Shown here piece after piece: positions 10,611-20,737 of a stretch of 64,000 nt of DNA. The translations under genes were made by a program, and so were the position numbers. Origin of the DNA: Anaeromyxobacter sp. (lineage in GTDB: Bacteria; Myxococcota; Myxococcia; Myxococcales; Anaeromyxobacteraceae). Each line of letters begins with the position of its first letter. The first letter of the stretch is position 1. Location of the stretch: the NCBI GenBank assembly GCA_049840735.1, contig JASGJN010000014.1, positions 32,001 through 96,000 on the forward strand, read 5' to 3'. The notes under the pieces are model-generated. The model was given only the letters and a program-made list of their open reading frames with translations, did no database searches and was not told the DNA's origin.

Positions 10611-10631
10611 GGTCGGAATCCTCCCGCTTTT
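10611..10631 (+). promoter_or_regulatory. Candidate AraC operator upstream of ABC operon (GGTCGGAATCCTCCCGCTTTT)
   Basis: 19/21 identical to the reverse complement of 9723-9743. Confidence 0.6.
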
Positions 10632-10702
10632 CTACGTTCCGGTCGTCTGGACGGTGCCGCACCTGCGCCGGAGAATGCTGACACCGTTCCCAGGAGGGCG
10701 CG

Positions 10703-12055
10703 ATGCACACGACGAGGCCGTTGCTGTCGGCGCTGGCGCTGCTGCTCGTGGTCGGAATCGTGCAGCCCGCAGCTGCCCAGGCGAAGAAGGAGCCGGTCAC
10801 CATCAAATACGTCTACTGGGGAAGCCCCCAGGAGAAGCTCGCCGTCGAGAAGGCCTGCGCCGAGTTCTCGAAGAAGAGCGGCTACGTCACGGTGGTGCCG
10901 GTCTACATCCCCGAGCAGGATTTCGATGCCAAGGTCACCGCCATGGCCGCCGCCGGCGACACGCCGGACGCGGGCTACTGCACGGCGCAGCTGGCCTCGA
11001 TCTGGAGCACCCAGGGCAAGTTCGTGAACTGGTTCGAGATGCTGGACAAGGATCCGGCGCTCGACAGGTCGGACTTCGTGGACGGGATCTGGTTCCAGGA
11101 CAGCCCGACCAACGCCTACGGGATCAGCACCGCGGTGGAGGCGTTCGGGCTCTTCTACAACAAGGCCGCGTTCAAGGACGCGGGCCTGCCCGAGCCGCCC
11201 ACGCGCTTCGACCAGGCCTGGACCTGGGAGCAGTTCGTGGAGGTCGCGCGGAAGCTCACCATCGACCGCAACGGCAAGAACGCCACCCAGCCCGGGTTCG
11301 ACCCCACCGCCATCAAGCAGTTCGGGGTCACCTTCGAGAGCTGGTGGGGGCCCTGGTCCGTGCACGTCCTCAACAACGGCGGCGACTACCTGACCGCCGA
11401 CGGCAAGGGGCTGGGGCTGACCGACCCCGCCGCCACGCGCGCCATCCAGCGGCTGGCGGACCTCATCAACGTCTACCACGTGGCCCCCAACCCCATTCAG
11501 TTCAAGGCCATCCCCAGCCAGGCCGCCGCCATCCAGGCGCGCCTCGCGGCCATGTCCATGCACGGCCAGTGGATCAACCTCGACCTCGGCGCCGCCCGGG
11601 CCAACTACGGCATCGGCGTCCTGCCGCGCATGGACCAGCGCAGCGGCACCATCCTCATCTCCGGCGTGAGCGTCATCTTCAAGGCCACCAAGCATCCCGA
11701 GGAGGCGTGGGCGCTCAGCAAGTACCTGGCCAGCGACGGCGCGCTGCCGCTGTACCAGAACGGCCTGTGGATGCCGACCATGAAGCGCTACTACACCGAC
11801 CCGGCGCTGCTCGCGAAGTGGGCGGGGCCCGACGCCGCCCACCCGGCCGGCTTCAAGGACTCCATGCTGGACATGGTCCTGAACCACTCCCGGCCCAGCA
11901 TCACCTACTACGTCAGGAACTTCGGGAAGCTGGACTCGATGGTCTCGGCGGCGCTGGACCCGGTCTGGCAGGGCAAGATGACCGCCGAGCAGGCCATGAC
12001 CGAGCTGGCACCCAAGATCACCCCGGAGATCCAGGGCAAGTACCAGCTGCGGTGA
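10703..12055 (+). CDS. Carbohydrate ABC transporter substrate-binding protein
   Basis: Signal peptide ending AAA-QA; LFYNKAAFKDAGL, WTWEQF; AGGAGG RBS. Confidence 0.9.
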   Translation: MHTTRPLLSALALLLVVGIVQPAAAQAKKEPVTIKYVYWGSPQEKLAVEKACAEFSKKSGYVTVVPVYIPEQDFDAKVTAMAAAGDTPDAGYCTAQLASIWSTQGKFVNWFEMLDKDPALDRSDFVDGIWFQDSPTNAYGISTAVEAFGLFYNKAAFKDAGLPEPPTRFDQAWTWEQFVEVARKLTIDRNGKNATQPGFDPTAIKQFGVTFESWWGPWSVHVLNNGGDYLTADGKGLGLTDPAATRAIQRLADLINVYHVAPNPIQFKAIPSQAAAIQARLAAMSMHGQWINLDLGAARANYGIGVLPRMDQRSGTILISGVSVIFKATKHPEEAWALSKYLASDGALPLYQNGLWMPTMKRYYTDPALLAKWAGPDAAHPAGFKDSMLDMVLNHSRPSITYYVRNFGKLDSMVSAALDPVWQGKMTAEQAMTELAPKITPEIQGKYQLR

Positions 12056-12059
12056 GAGA

Positions 12060-13037
12060 ATGAGGAGCGTGGCCGAGGCCCTCAAGGTGATCGCGGCGGC
12101 GCGGCAGCGGGAGTCCCCGCTCGCCGCCGCGCCGCGCACCCGGCACCGCGCGTCGCCGGCCGGCTGGCTCTTCACGGCCCCGGTCATCGCCGGCTGGCTC
12201 GTCTTCGTGGCCGTGCCGGTCCTGGCCACGCTCCTCCTCTCGTTCACCGACTACGTGGTGGGCGGCGCCCCGACCCTCGTCGGCCTGCGCAACTACCGCG
12301 ACCTGTTCACCAGCACCGATCCCTCCTTCTTCGACTCGGTGCGGGCCACCGCGCTCTACGCCTTCCTGAGCGTGCCGGTGTGCCTGCTGGCCTCCTTCGG
12401 GCTCGCCAGCCTGCTCAACCTGCAGATCCGCTTCCGCGCCTTCTTCCGCGCGGCGCTCTTCCTGCCGGTGGTGATCCCGCTGGCCGCCAGCTCCGTCATC
12501 TGGATGTGGCTCTTCCAGCCGGACTTCGGGCTGGTCAACGTCGTGTCGCGCGCGCTCGGGCTGGGCTCGCCGGCGTGGCTCGCCTCCGAGACCACGGTCA
12601 TCCCGACCATGGTCCTCATGAACGTCTGGCTGACCGGAAACTCGACCCTGATCTTCCTGGCCGCGCTGCAGAACGTGCCGCGCCACCTCTACGAGGCGGT
12701 GGAGGTGGACGGGGGCAACGCCTGGCACAAGCTGCGGCACGTCACGCTGCCGATGGTGTCCCCCACCCTCTTCTTCAACGCCATCACCGGGTTCATCACG
12801 GCGCTGCAGGCCTTCGTGCAGCCCGCCATCATGACGTCGGACGCCTACCACCAAGGCGGGCCGAACAACGCCAGCCTCCTCTACGTGCTCTTCATCTACC
12901 GGGAGGCGTTCCGCTTCTCGCGGCTGGGGAGCGCCTCGGCCGCGGCGGTGCTCCTCTTCGCGGTCATCGCCGCGCTCACCTGGGCCTTCTTCAAGCTCTC
13001 CCGGTCGCTCATCTACTACGAGGGGGAGCGCGCATGA
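12060..13037 (+). CDS. Carbohydrate ABC transporter permease
   Basis: TM helices; EAA motif 'LQNVPRHLYEAVEVDGGN..KLRHVTLP'. Confidence 0.9.
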   Translation: MRSVAEALKVIAAARQRESPLAAAPRTRHRASPAGWLFTAPVIAGWLVFVAVPVLATLLLSFTDYVVGGAPTLVGLRNYRDLFTSTDPSFFDSVRATALYAFLSVPVCLLASFGLASLLNLQIRFRAFFRAALFLPVVIPLAASSVIWMWLFQPDFGLVNVVSRALGLGSPAWLASETTVIPTMVLMNVWLTGNSTLIFLAALQNVPRHLYEAVEVDGGNAWHKLRHVTLPMVSPTLFFNAITGFITALQAFVQPAIMTSDAYHQGGPNNASLLYVLFIYREAFRFSRLGSASAAAVLLFAVIAALTWAFFKLSRSLIYYEGERA

Positions 13038-13879
13038 CCGCGGTGCGCGGCCGGCGGCGGGGCCTGGGACGGACGGCCACCTACGCGGCCCTGGTCGCGC
13101 TCGCCCTGGTGTTCCTCTTCCCCTACTACTGGATGGTGCGCAGCTCGCTGGTGGACCTGGGCAGCATCTTCGAGCCCTCGCCCAGCCTGCTCCCGCGCCG
13201 GCCCAGCGCGGACAACTACGCCACCGCCCTCACCATGTTCCCGTTCGGGCGGTTCTTCCTGAACAGCCTGGTCGTGGCCGTGCTCACGGTGGCGGGGACG
13301 CTCCTGTCCGCCTCGCTGTGCGCGTTCGGCTTCTCCCGGCTGCGCTGGAAGGGGCGCGACTGGGTCTTCTCCACGGTCCTCACCGGCATGATGCTGCCCT
13401 TCTTCGTCGTGATGATCCCGCACTTCGTCATGTGGCGGTGGCTCGGGCTCACCGACTCGCTGACGCCGCTCATCGCGCCGGCCTGGTTCGGCGGCGGCGT
13501 GTTCAACATCTTCCTGCTCCGCCAGTTCTTCCTCGGCATCCCGCGCGAGCTGGACGAGGCGGCGCTCCTGGAAGGCGCCACGCCGCTGCAGGTCTTCCTG
13601 CACATCATCGTGCCGCTCTCCAAGCCGGCGCTGATCGTGGTGGGGCTCCTGACCTTCCTGGCCAGCTGGAACGACTACCTGGCCCCCATCATCTTCATCA
13701 CCTCGGAGGACAAGTACACGCTGATGCTGGGCCTGAACCTGTTCCTGGGGAGCTACACGGCCCAGTGGAACTACCTCATGGCCGCCACCTGCATCATCGT
13801 GCTGCCCTCGCTGGCGCTGTTCGCGGTCGCGCAGCGCTACCTGATGGAGGGCATCGTGATGACGGGGCTGAAGGGCTGA
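13034..13879 (+). CDS. Carbohydrate ABC transporter permease
   Basis: ATGA overlap; 'FFLGIPRELDEAALLEGA..IIVPLSKP', SWNDYL. Confidence 0.9.
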   Translation: MTAVRGRRRGLGRTATYAALVALALVFLFPYYWMVRSSLVDLGSIFEPSPSLLPRRPSADNYATALTMFPFGRFFLNSLVVAVLTVAGTLLSASLCAFGFSRLRWKGRDWVFSTVLTGMMLPFFVVMIPHFVMWRWLGLTDSLTPLIAPAWFGGGVFNIFLLRQFFLGIPRELDEAALLEGATPLQVFLHIIVPLSKPALIVVGLLTFLASWNDYLAPIIFITSEDKYTLMLGLNLFLGSYTAQWNYLMAATCIIVLPSLALFAVAQRYLMEGIVMTGLKG

Positions 13880-14062
13880 GGGCCCGAGCCCGCCTGGCAG
13901 CGATAGGAGCGCCCTGGTCCCGCCCTCCCTGGCGAGCGCTGGACGTGCGTGCGGCTGCCCCTCCAGAGCACCCACGAGCGCGTGCCCCACGGACGCAGGA
14001 TGCGTATGGTGTGATCCCGAAAGGAACACCCGCTCGCTGCACCTTCGCCCCGAGGGAGCCCC

Positions 14063-14671
14063 ATGAACCCCAAGCGCATGATCCTGCTCGCTGCACTCGC
14101 TCTCCTCGCTCCCGTCGCCGCGAACGCAGGGGGTGTCGGCATCGAGGCGCTGTACGGCGTCGCGTGGCCTCCCGCGACCGACTTCGACTCGGCCGTCGGC
14201 GGCGTCAACACCGACCACCTCTCGGAGGACACCTCGCAGATCTACGGCGGGACGCTGCTCCTGAACTTCGGGCTCCTGGACATCGGGGCCATCGTGGACA
14301 CCACCAGCCCGGACCAGGGGCCCGACCAGACCGCGATCGGCGGGCTGGCCGGGCTGCGCTTCGGCGACAAGCTGCGCTTCGACCTGCTCGGCGAGATCGG
14401 CGGCCAGCGCTACGGCAACGTCTTCGAGAACACCGACGTGGTGACCGAGAGCACCTCCGACCAGTGGCTCATGTACCTCGGGCTCAGGCCGGGCATCGCC
14501 TACAGGTTCGGCCCGTCCGAGGGCCTGGGGCTCGTGGTGGGGGTGTGGGGCTTCGCCCGCTGGGACGTGACCGACAAGAAGCTCTCGGTGGACTCCGGCG
14601 ACGCGCAGGGCGAGGTGAAGCTCGGCGGCACGACCATCGGCGCGACGCTCCGGGCCGGCATCGAGTTCTAG
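14063..14671 (+). CDS. Probable outer-membrane beta-barrel protein
   Basis: Signal peptide (AANA-G), alternating beta-strand pattern, C-terminal Phe (LRAGIEF). Confidence 0.65.
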   Translation: MNPKRMILLAALALLAPVAANAGGVGIEALYGVAWPPATDFDSAVGGVNTDHLSEDTSQIYGGTLLLNFGLLDIGAIVDTTSPDQGPDQTAIGGLAGLRFGDKLRFDLLGEIGGQRYGNVFENTDVVTESTSDQWLMYLGLRPGIAYRFGPSEGLGLVVGVWGFARWDVTDKKLSVDSGDAQGEVKLGGTTIGATLRAGIEF

Positions 14672-14765
14672 CGGCCGCGGGACGACGCTCCCCGGGCGAG
14701 CGGACGTCGCGCGGCCGGCGCGCGTCGGCCTCGCGGCCGGAGCGCCAATCCGCTATCAGGAAGGC

Positions 14766-16479
14766 ATGCACGAGCTCGACATCCTCCTCACCTTCGCCGG
14801 CGGCCTCACGGGGGCGCTGGTCCTGGGCTTCGTCGCTCACCGCCTCAAGCTGTCACCCATCGTCGGCTACCTCCTGGCAGGGGTGCTCGTCGGCCCGTTC
14901 ACGCCTGGTTACGTGGCCGACCGGGCCGTCGCCGATCAGTTCGCCGAGATCGGCGTCATCCTGCTCCTCTTCGGCGTGGGGCTCCGGTTCCACCTGCGCG
15001 AGCTCATCGCGGTCTGGCGCGTGGCCGTCCCGGGGGCGCTCATCCAGAGCACGGTCTCCACCCTGCTGCTGGCGGCGCTGCTGCGGCCGTTCGGCTGGAG
15101 CTGGGCCTCCGGGCTGGTCCTGGGGATGGGCATCTCGGTCGCGAGCACGGTGGTCATGGCCCTGGTGCTCGCCGAGCGGCACGACCTGCACGCGCCCATC
15201 GGCCACATCGCCATCGGCTGGACCGTCGTGGAGGACCTGCTCACGGTCGTGCTGCTCCTGGTGCTCCCCATCCTCTTCGGCCCGGACCAGGGCGAGGGAC
15301 AGGGAACGGCGGCCGTCCTCGGGCTCGCCGGGCTGAAGCTCCTCGGCCTGGTCGCGGCCGTCGTCGTCCTCGGTCGATGGGCCATCCCCTGGGCGCTGGA
15401 GCGGATCGAGCGGACCCGGGTCCGGGAGCTCTTCACCCTCGCCGTGCTGGTCCTCGCGGTGGGCATCGCGGTCGGATCGGCGAAGGTCTTCGGCGTGTCC
15501 ATGGCGCTGGGGGCCTTCCTGGCCGGGCTGGCGGTGGGCCGCTCCGAGTTCGCCGCCCGCGCCGCCGGCGACGCGGTGCCGATGCGCGACGCCTTCGCCG
15601 TGCTCTTCTTCGTCTCGGTGGGGATGCTCTTCGACCCGCGGAGCATCCTGGAGGTGCCGCTCCTGGTGCTGGTCGTGCTCGCCGTGGTGCTGGTCGGCAA
15701 GCCGCTGGCCGCGCTGGCCGCCGTGCGGCTCCTGGGGGTCCCGCTGGCGACGGCCGCGCCCGTCGGCGCCGCGTTCTCGCAGGTGGGGGAGTTCAGCTTC
15801 ATCCTGGGGACGGTGGCGCGGCAGCTCGGGCTGCTGGGCGACGCAGGCTGGAACGCGCTGGTGGCCAGCTCCATCATCTCGAATCTCGCTCAACCCCGTC
15901 CTCTACCGGTGGGTGCGCCGGATCTCGTCCCCGACGCCTCGGCGCGAGCCGGCCGCGCCTGTCGCCCGGCCCGTGGTCGACCCGCAGCGCTGCATCCTGG
16001 TCGGCCATGGCCCGGTGGGACGGATCGTCCACCGCCTGCTCACCGACCGCGGCGTCGCGGTCACCCTGGTCGATCTCAACCTCGACACCATCCGCCGGGC
16101 CAAGGCCGACGGGCTGACCACCGTGTACGGCGACGTGCTCCGGCCGGGGACGCTCGAGGACGCCGGCATCGCCAGCGCCGGGAGCCTGGTCCTGAGCGCG
16201 GATCTCGAGGACGCCGCCGAGGTCATCCGGCAGGCGCGGATGCTCAACCCGGAGCTGCGCGTGCTCGCCCGCTGCGCGCACCTGCGCGACGCGCCCGCGC
16301 TCGAGCGCGCCGGCGCCGCCGTGGTCGCCGCCGGCGAGGCCGAGGTCGGGGTGGCGCTGGTGGAGGCCATGACCGCCGGCGAGGGGAGCGACGGACATGC
16401 GCAGACGGCCCAGCGGCGGGACGTCCGGGCGCGGCTCTACTCCGACGGAGCGTCCGAGGCCGCCACGGGCCCGGCCTGA
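14766..16479 (+). CDS. CPA2/Kef-type cation:proton antiporter with TrkA_N domain (YbaL/RosB-like); one +1 frameshift at ~15883
   Basis: LSPIVGYLLAG, AEIGVILLLFGVGL, SVASTVV, SQVGEFSF; GHGPVG Rossmann motif in second frame; removing 1 nt at GAATC 15881-15885 gives 571 codons. Confidence 0.88.
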
Positions 16480-16500
16480 GCACGCACAGCCGGACGAACG

Positions 16501-17013
16501 TCAGTCCTTGACCGGGCGCGCGTCCGACTGGAGCCCCGACACACGGAGCGCCTCCGCTGCCGTCCGGCACGCGCGCGGGCCATCGTGGTAGCGCGCGACC
16601 CGCACCGGCGGGTAGGCCCGCATGCGGTCGAGGAGGCCCTGCTCGTCGTTTGGCGAGAGGAGGGCGGCGCACGCCTCGTACAGCCCGCCCGGCCCCTCCT
16701 CCAGGGCGTTGTGGGGGACGAGGATGGTCCGCAGCTCGTCGGCGGTGGACTGCAGCGGCGTGGGGACGAGGAGCGCGGCCAGCGCCCCGTGATCCACGCG
16801 CAGCCGGCGCGCGAAGGGAAGCGGCTCGCCACCGCGCGCGGCCGTGAGGGCCGGGACCAGCAGCTTCTCCTCCAGCGCGATGTGGCGCAGGAGCCCTTCG
16901 CGGAACTCGCCGAAGCTCGCCAGGTCCACGTCGGGCCCGCGGAAGGCGCGGGCCAGCAGCGCCTCGAGGCGGGCGTGGTCCTGGGCCAGGAACTGGAAGA
17001 TGGGGCCGGTCAT
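16501..17013 (-). CDS. Hemerythrin-domain protein
   Basis: DHARLE, LRHIALEEKLL, VDHG, HNALEE metal-ligand pattern. Confidence 0.8.
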   Translation of the reverse strand: MTGPIFQFLAQDHARLEALLARAFRGPDVDLASFGEFREGLLRHIALEEKLLVPALTAARGGEPLPFARRLRVDHGALAALLVPTPLQSTADELRTILVPHNALEEGPGGLYEACAALLSPNDEQGLLDRMRAYPPVRVARYHDGPRACRTAAEALRVSGLQSDARPVKD

Positions 17014-17185
17014 GGAGCGGGGAGGAACACTATCCCACCGGTGTGGCAACCTCCAGGCGGCCGGCGGCCAGGTCCCCTTCGGCATCCTCGTCGCTGCGCC
17101 CCGCGGACCGCAACCAGTTCGGTCGACGTGCGACTGGCCAGGACGCAGCCTTGTGGAGGCCCACCCGGCTGCCTACGTTTCTCGG

Positions 17186-17590
17186 GTGGCCCGAGCGCGT
17201 CGAGACAGCTGGTTTCGCGACCTCTCCTACCGCTTCGCGGCGGTGAGCGGGACGCACTGGGCGTTCCTGGGCGCGCTGGGCGTGGTGCTCGGCTGGGCGG
17301 TCACCGGGCCGCTGTTCCACTACTCGGACACCTGGCAGCTCGTCATCAATACCAGCACCACCGTCGTCACCTTCCTGATGGTGTTCCTGATCCAGGCCAC
17401 CCAGAACCGCGACGGGAAGGCCCTCCAGCTGAAGCTGGACGAGCTCATCCGTTCCCAGCGCTCCGCGCGCAACGCGTTCGCCGACCTGGAGGACGCGAGC
17501 GAGGAGGAGCTGCGTCAGTTCGAAAAGGAGTTCCAGGCGCTGCGCGCCCGCTGGCGCTCGCGACACCAGGAGCGGGCGCACGAGGCTTGA
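17186..17590 (+). CDS. Low-affinity iron permease family membrane protein
   Basis: WAVTGPLFHYSDTWQLVINTSTTVVTFLMVFLIQATQNRDGKALQLKLDELI; start (GTG 17186) uncertain. Confidence 0.85.
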   Translation: MARARRDSWFRDLSYRFAAVSGTHWAFLGALGVVLGWAVTGPLFHYSDTWQLVINTSTTVVTFLMVFLIQATQNRDGKALQLKLDELIRSQRSARNAFADLEDASEEELRQFEKEFQALRARWRSRHQERAHEA

Positions 17591-17642
17591 CGCTCCGCGC
17601 CGAACGCCTCCCCGCGCCGCCGACCGCTACGCGTCATCTCCC

Positions 17643-19031
17643 TCACCCCGGGAACGCCCGCACCAGCCGGGCGATGGCGCCGGGCGTCGAGCGCACGCGC
17701 ACCGAGCGGCCCGTCTCGTCGTAGTTCTCGGACAGGACGCGCGCGGCCTCGTACACCTCGCCGATGCGCCCCTGGCTGGCGTACGGGATCCGCAGCTCGG
17801 CCTCCACCATCTGGGCCTCGAAGAAGTCCAGGATGGCCTGCCGGAGCGACGCCACGTCGCCGGGCGCATGCGCCGAGAGCTGGATGGCCCCCGGGAAGCG
17901 CGTCTTCAGCTCGCGCCGCGCCGCCTCGTCGAGGCGGTCCACCTTGTTGAGCAGGAGCAGCGAGGGCACGTCGGTCGCGCCGATGTCGCGGAGGACGGAC
18001 CGGGTGACCTCGAGCTGCGCCTCGCAGGTCGGGTCGGAGGCGTCCACCACGTAGAGCAGCAGCGAGGCCTCCAGCGCCTCGTCCAGCGTGGAGCGGAAGG
18101 AGGCCACCAGGTCGTGCGGCAGCTGGCGCAGGAAGCCCACCGTGTCCGAGACCAGCACCCGGGGGCGGGACTCGGGCTGGAGCGCCCGCACCGTCGTGTC
18201 CAGCGTGGCGAAGAGCTTGTCCGCCACCAGCACCTCGCTGCCGGTGAGCGCCCGCATCAGCGACGACTTGCCCGCGTTGGTGTAGCCCACCAGCGCCACC
18301 CGGAGCTGGTCGCGCCGCGCGTGGCGGCGGTGGTCCTGCTCCTGCTGGACCGCGGCGATGCCGGCGTTCAGCTCGGCGATCCGGTCGCGGATCTTGCGCC
18401 GGTCCAGCTCCACCGCGGAGTCGCCCGCCCCCCGTCCCGCCTGGCGCTCGGAGCGCCCCGCCGACTCGCGCAGCCGCGGCGCCAGGTACTTGAGCCGCGC
18501 GATCTCCACCTGCATGCGCGCCTCGCGGCTGCGGGCGTGGCGGTGGAAGATGTCGACGATGACGCCGGTGCGATCGAGCACTAGCGCGCCGGTGGCCTTC
18601 TCGAGGTTGCGCAGCTGGCTCGGCGAGAGCTCGTGGGCGACGACCACCACCGTGGCCCGCTCTCCGGCCATCACCGCGGGCGCCCCGCCCTCCTCCTCCG
18701 CGGCCTCGGCCGGCTCGTCCTCCTCCGCCGCTTCCGCCTCCCAGCGCTCCCTGGCCTTGGAGGTCCGGTCGGCGGCCCCCGAGGCCACCACGCCCGGCCC
18801 GCCGGTGAGGTCCGCCAGCTCCTTCAGCTTCCCCGAGCCGAGCACCGTGCCCGCCCCGGTCCCGGCGCGGCGCTGGCTGACCGTGGCGACCGTCTCGTAG
18901 CCCAGCGTGTTCACCAGCCGCCGGAGCTCGGCCAGGTGCGTGGCGTGCTCGAGGTCGGAGACCTCCGGGACTTGGACGCCGACGAGGACGGCGCGCGGTC
19001 GAGCGGGATGGGTCTCTGGCATGGGGCGCAT
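17643..19031 (-). CDS. hflX: GTPase HflX
   Basis: ELSPSQLRNLE, DRTGVIVDIF..HARSREA, GYTNAGKS (G1), FATLDTT, DTVGF (G3), NKVD (G4). Confidence 0.93.
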   Translation of the reverse strand: MRPMPETHPARPRAVLVGVQVPEVSDLEHATHLAELRRLVNTLGYETVATVSQRRAGTGAGTVLGSGKLKELADLTGGPGVVASGAADRTSKARERWEAEAAEEDEPAEAAEEEGGAPAVMAGERATVVVVAHELSPSQLRNLEKATGALVLDRTGVIVDIFHRHARSREARMQVEIARLKYLAPRLRESAGRSERQAGRGAGDSAVELDRRKIRDRIAELNAGIAAVQQEQDHRRHARRDQLRVALVGYTNAGKSSLMRALTGSEVLVADKLFATLDTTVRALQPESRPRVLVSDTVGFLRQLPHDLVASFRSTLDEALEASLLLYVVDASDPTCEAQLEVTRSVLRDIGATDVPSLLLLNKVDRLDEAARRELKTRFPGAIQLSAHAPGDVASLRQAILDFFEAQMVEAELRIPYASQGRIGEVYEAARVLSENYDETGRSVRVRSTPGAIARLVRAFPG

Positions 19032-19086
19032 GTCCTAGCAGATTCCGGACGGATCATGCCGCGCGACCACAGGACCGCCCCGCCGC

Positions 19087-19845
19087 CTACACCCGCCCGC
19101 GCACCGCCAGCGCGCGCCCCGAGAGCGTGAATGGGCCCGGCGGGTCGCCGAGCAGGGTGCGGCAGCGCTCGCGGAGCTCTGCCTGGCGCGCCGGCGGCTG
19201 CCGCAGGAGATAGTCGCCGGTGGGGCCCACGCCCTGGGCGAAGAAGCCCCAGAACGCGTCGAAGGAAGGGATTGTCGCCTCGACGTCAATGGCCCCGCCC
19301 TCCACCTCGCGCAGGCCAGCCGCCGACCAGAGCGCTTCCAGCTCGCCGCTGCGCCGGAACGGGAGCCCGCCCTCGTCCGGCGCCGCCGGGTCGAGCGCGT
19401 GGGCCGCTTCCCAGAAGATGCGGGCCGACTGGAGCCCGTTCGCCTCCCACATGCAGGCCGCCACCGCTCCGCCGGGCCGGACCACCCGCGCCAGCTCGCG
19501 CGCAGCGCGCGGCGCGTCCCCCACGAACGCGAAGACCAGCTGGGCCAGCGCGGCCGCGAACGTCCCGTCGGCGAAGGGCAGCGCCTCGGCGGTCCCCGCA
19601 CGCACATCTGCGCCCGGGACGCGGGCCCGGCAGGCCTCGGCGAAGGAGACCGACGGCTCCACCGCCGCGACCGCACCCGGCCCCAGGCGCGCCGCCAGCT
19701 CGGCCGTGAGCGCGCCGGGGCCGCTGCCCACGTCGAGGACCGGGCCCTGCGTCACGCCGGCGAAGTCCACGAAGCGCGGCGCGAGCTGACGCGAGAAGCG
19801 GCCCACGACCTGGTCGTACGCTTCAGCGGGGAGGGCGAAGGACAT
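19087..19845 (-). CDS. Class I SAM-dependent methyltransferase
   Basis: VLDVGSGPG motif I; AEALPFADGTF; RVVRPGG. Confidence 0.88.
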   Translation of the reverse strand: MSFALPAEAYDQVVGRFSRQLAPRFVDFAGVTQGPVLDVGSGPGALTAELAARLGPGAVAAVEPSVSFAEACRARVPGADVRAGTAEALPFADGTFAAALAQLVFAFVGDAPRAARELARVVRPGGAVAACMWEANGLQSARIFWEAAHALDPAAPDEGGLPFRRSGELEALWSAAGLREVEGGAIDVEATIPSFDAFWGFFAQGVGPTGDYLLRQPPARQAELRERCRTLLGDPPGPFTLSGRALAVRGRV

Positions 19846-20047
19846 GGGGCAGCGGTAACGGGCGTGGGAGCTGGGTGCAGCGGTCTGCTTCGAAGCATCG
19901 GAGGCGGCACGGAGCGACGCACTCAGCCTTCCAGCCCCGACGGGTACCGCGCTGCGCTTCACTGGCCGATGTGCGCGTCCATCCGTAATAACGGATGAGT
20001 TGTCAGCTCACGCCGGCCCGGACCGCGGCCTCACGAGGAACCCCGTC

Positions 20048-20707
20048 ATGTCGAAGACCTTCACCGACACCCTGCTCGAGAACAACCAGCAGTACGCAGC
20101 AGGGAAGCCCCTCCACCGCCCTCAGCACCCGGGGCCACAGCCCATCCGCCCGGCGCGCCAGGTGGCGGTGGTCGCCTGCATGGACGCCCGCCTGGCGGTG
20201 GAGGACCTGCTCGGGCTCCAGACCGGCGAGGCCCACGTGATCCGGAACGCGGGGGGCGTCGTGACCGAGGACACCATCCGCTCGCTCGTCATCTCCCACC
20301 ACCTGCTCGACACGCGCGAGATCGTCCTCGTCCACCACACGCGCTGCGGGATGCTGGCCTTCACGGACGACCTGCTGAAGGCCGGCCTGGAGGGTGACAA
20401 GCCCGCCGGCGACCTCCTGGCCAAGGCGACCGGCCGCGCCTTCAAGCCCACGGAGCGCGCCTCCAGCTCCCCCGCCTCGTTCTTCGCCTTCCGGGGGCCG
20501 ATCGAGCCGCTCGACAATCCCCACAGCCCGGAGGCCCAGCGTCGCCTGGAGTGGGACGTCCGCCGGGGCATCTCCGCCATCGTCAGCCACCCCTGGATCC
20601 CGACCGCGGGCCCGGACGCCGTCACGGTGCGCGGCTTCATCTACGACGTCGACACCGGGCGGCTCTCCGAGGTCTCCTTCCCCGGGGCCACCGGATCCAT
20701 CGGGTGA
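20048..20707 (+). CDS. Beta-class carbonic anhydrase
   Basis: CMDAR and HHTRCG zinc ligands; [17 protein letters not shown]. Confidence 0.92.
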   Translation: MSKTFTDTLLENNQQYAAGKPLHRPQHPGPQPIRPARQVAVVACMDARLAVEDLLGLQTGEAHVIRNAGGVVTEDTIRSLVISHHLLDTREIVLVHHTRCGMLAFTDDLLKAGLEGDKPAGDLLAKATGRAFKPTERASSSPASFFAFRGPIEPLDNPHSPEAQRRLEWDVRRGISAIVSHPWIPTAGPDAVTVRGFIYDVDTGRLSEVSFPGATGSIG

Positions 20708-20737
20708 ATCGCAGGCGCCCTGGGTGACCAGCCGAGC

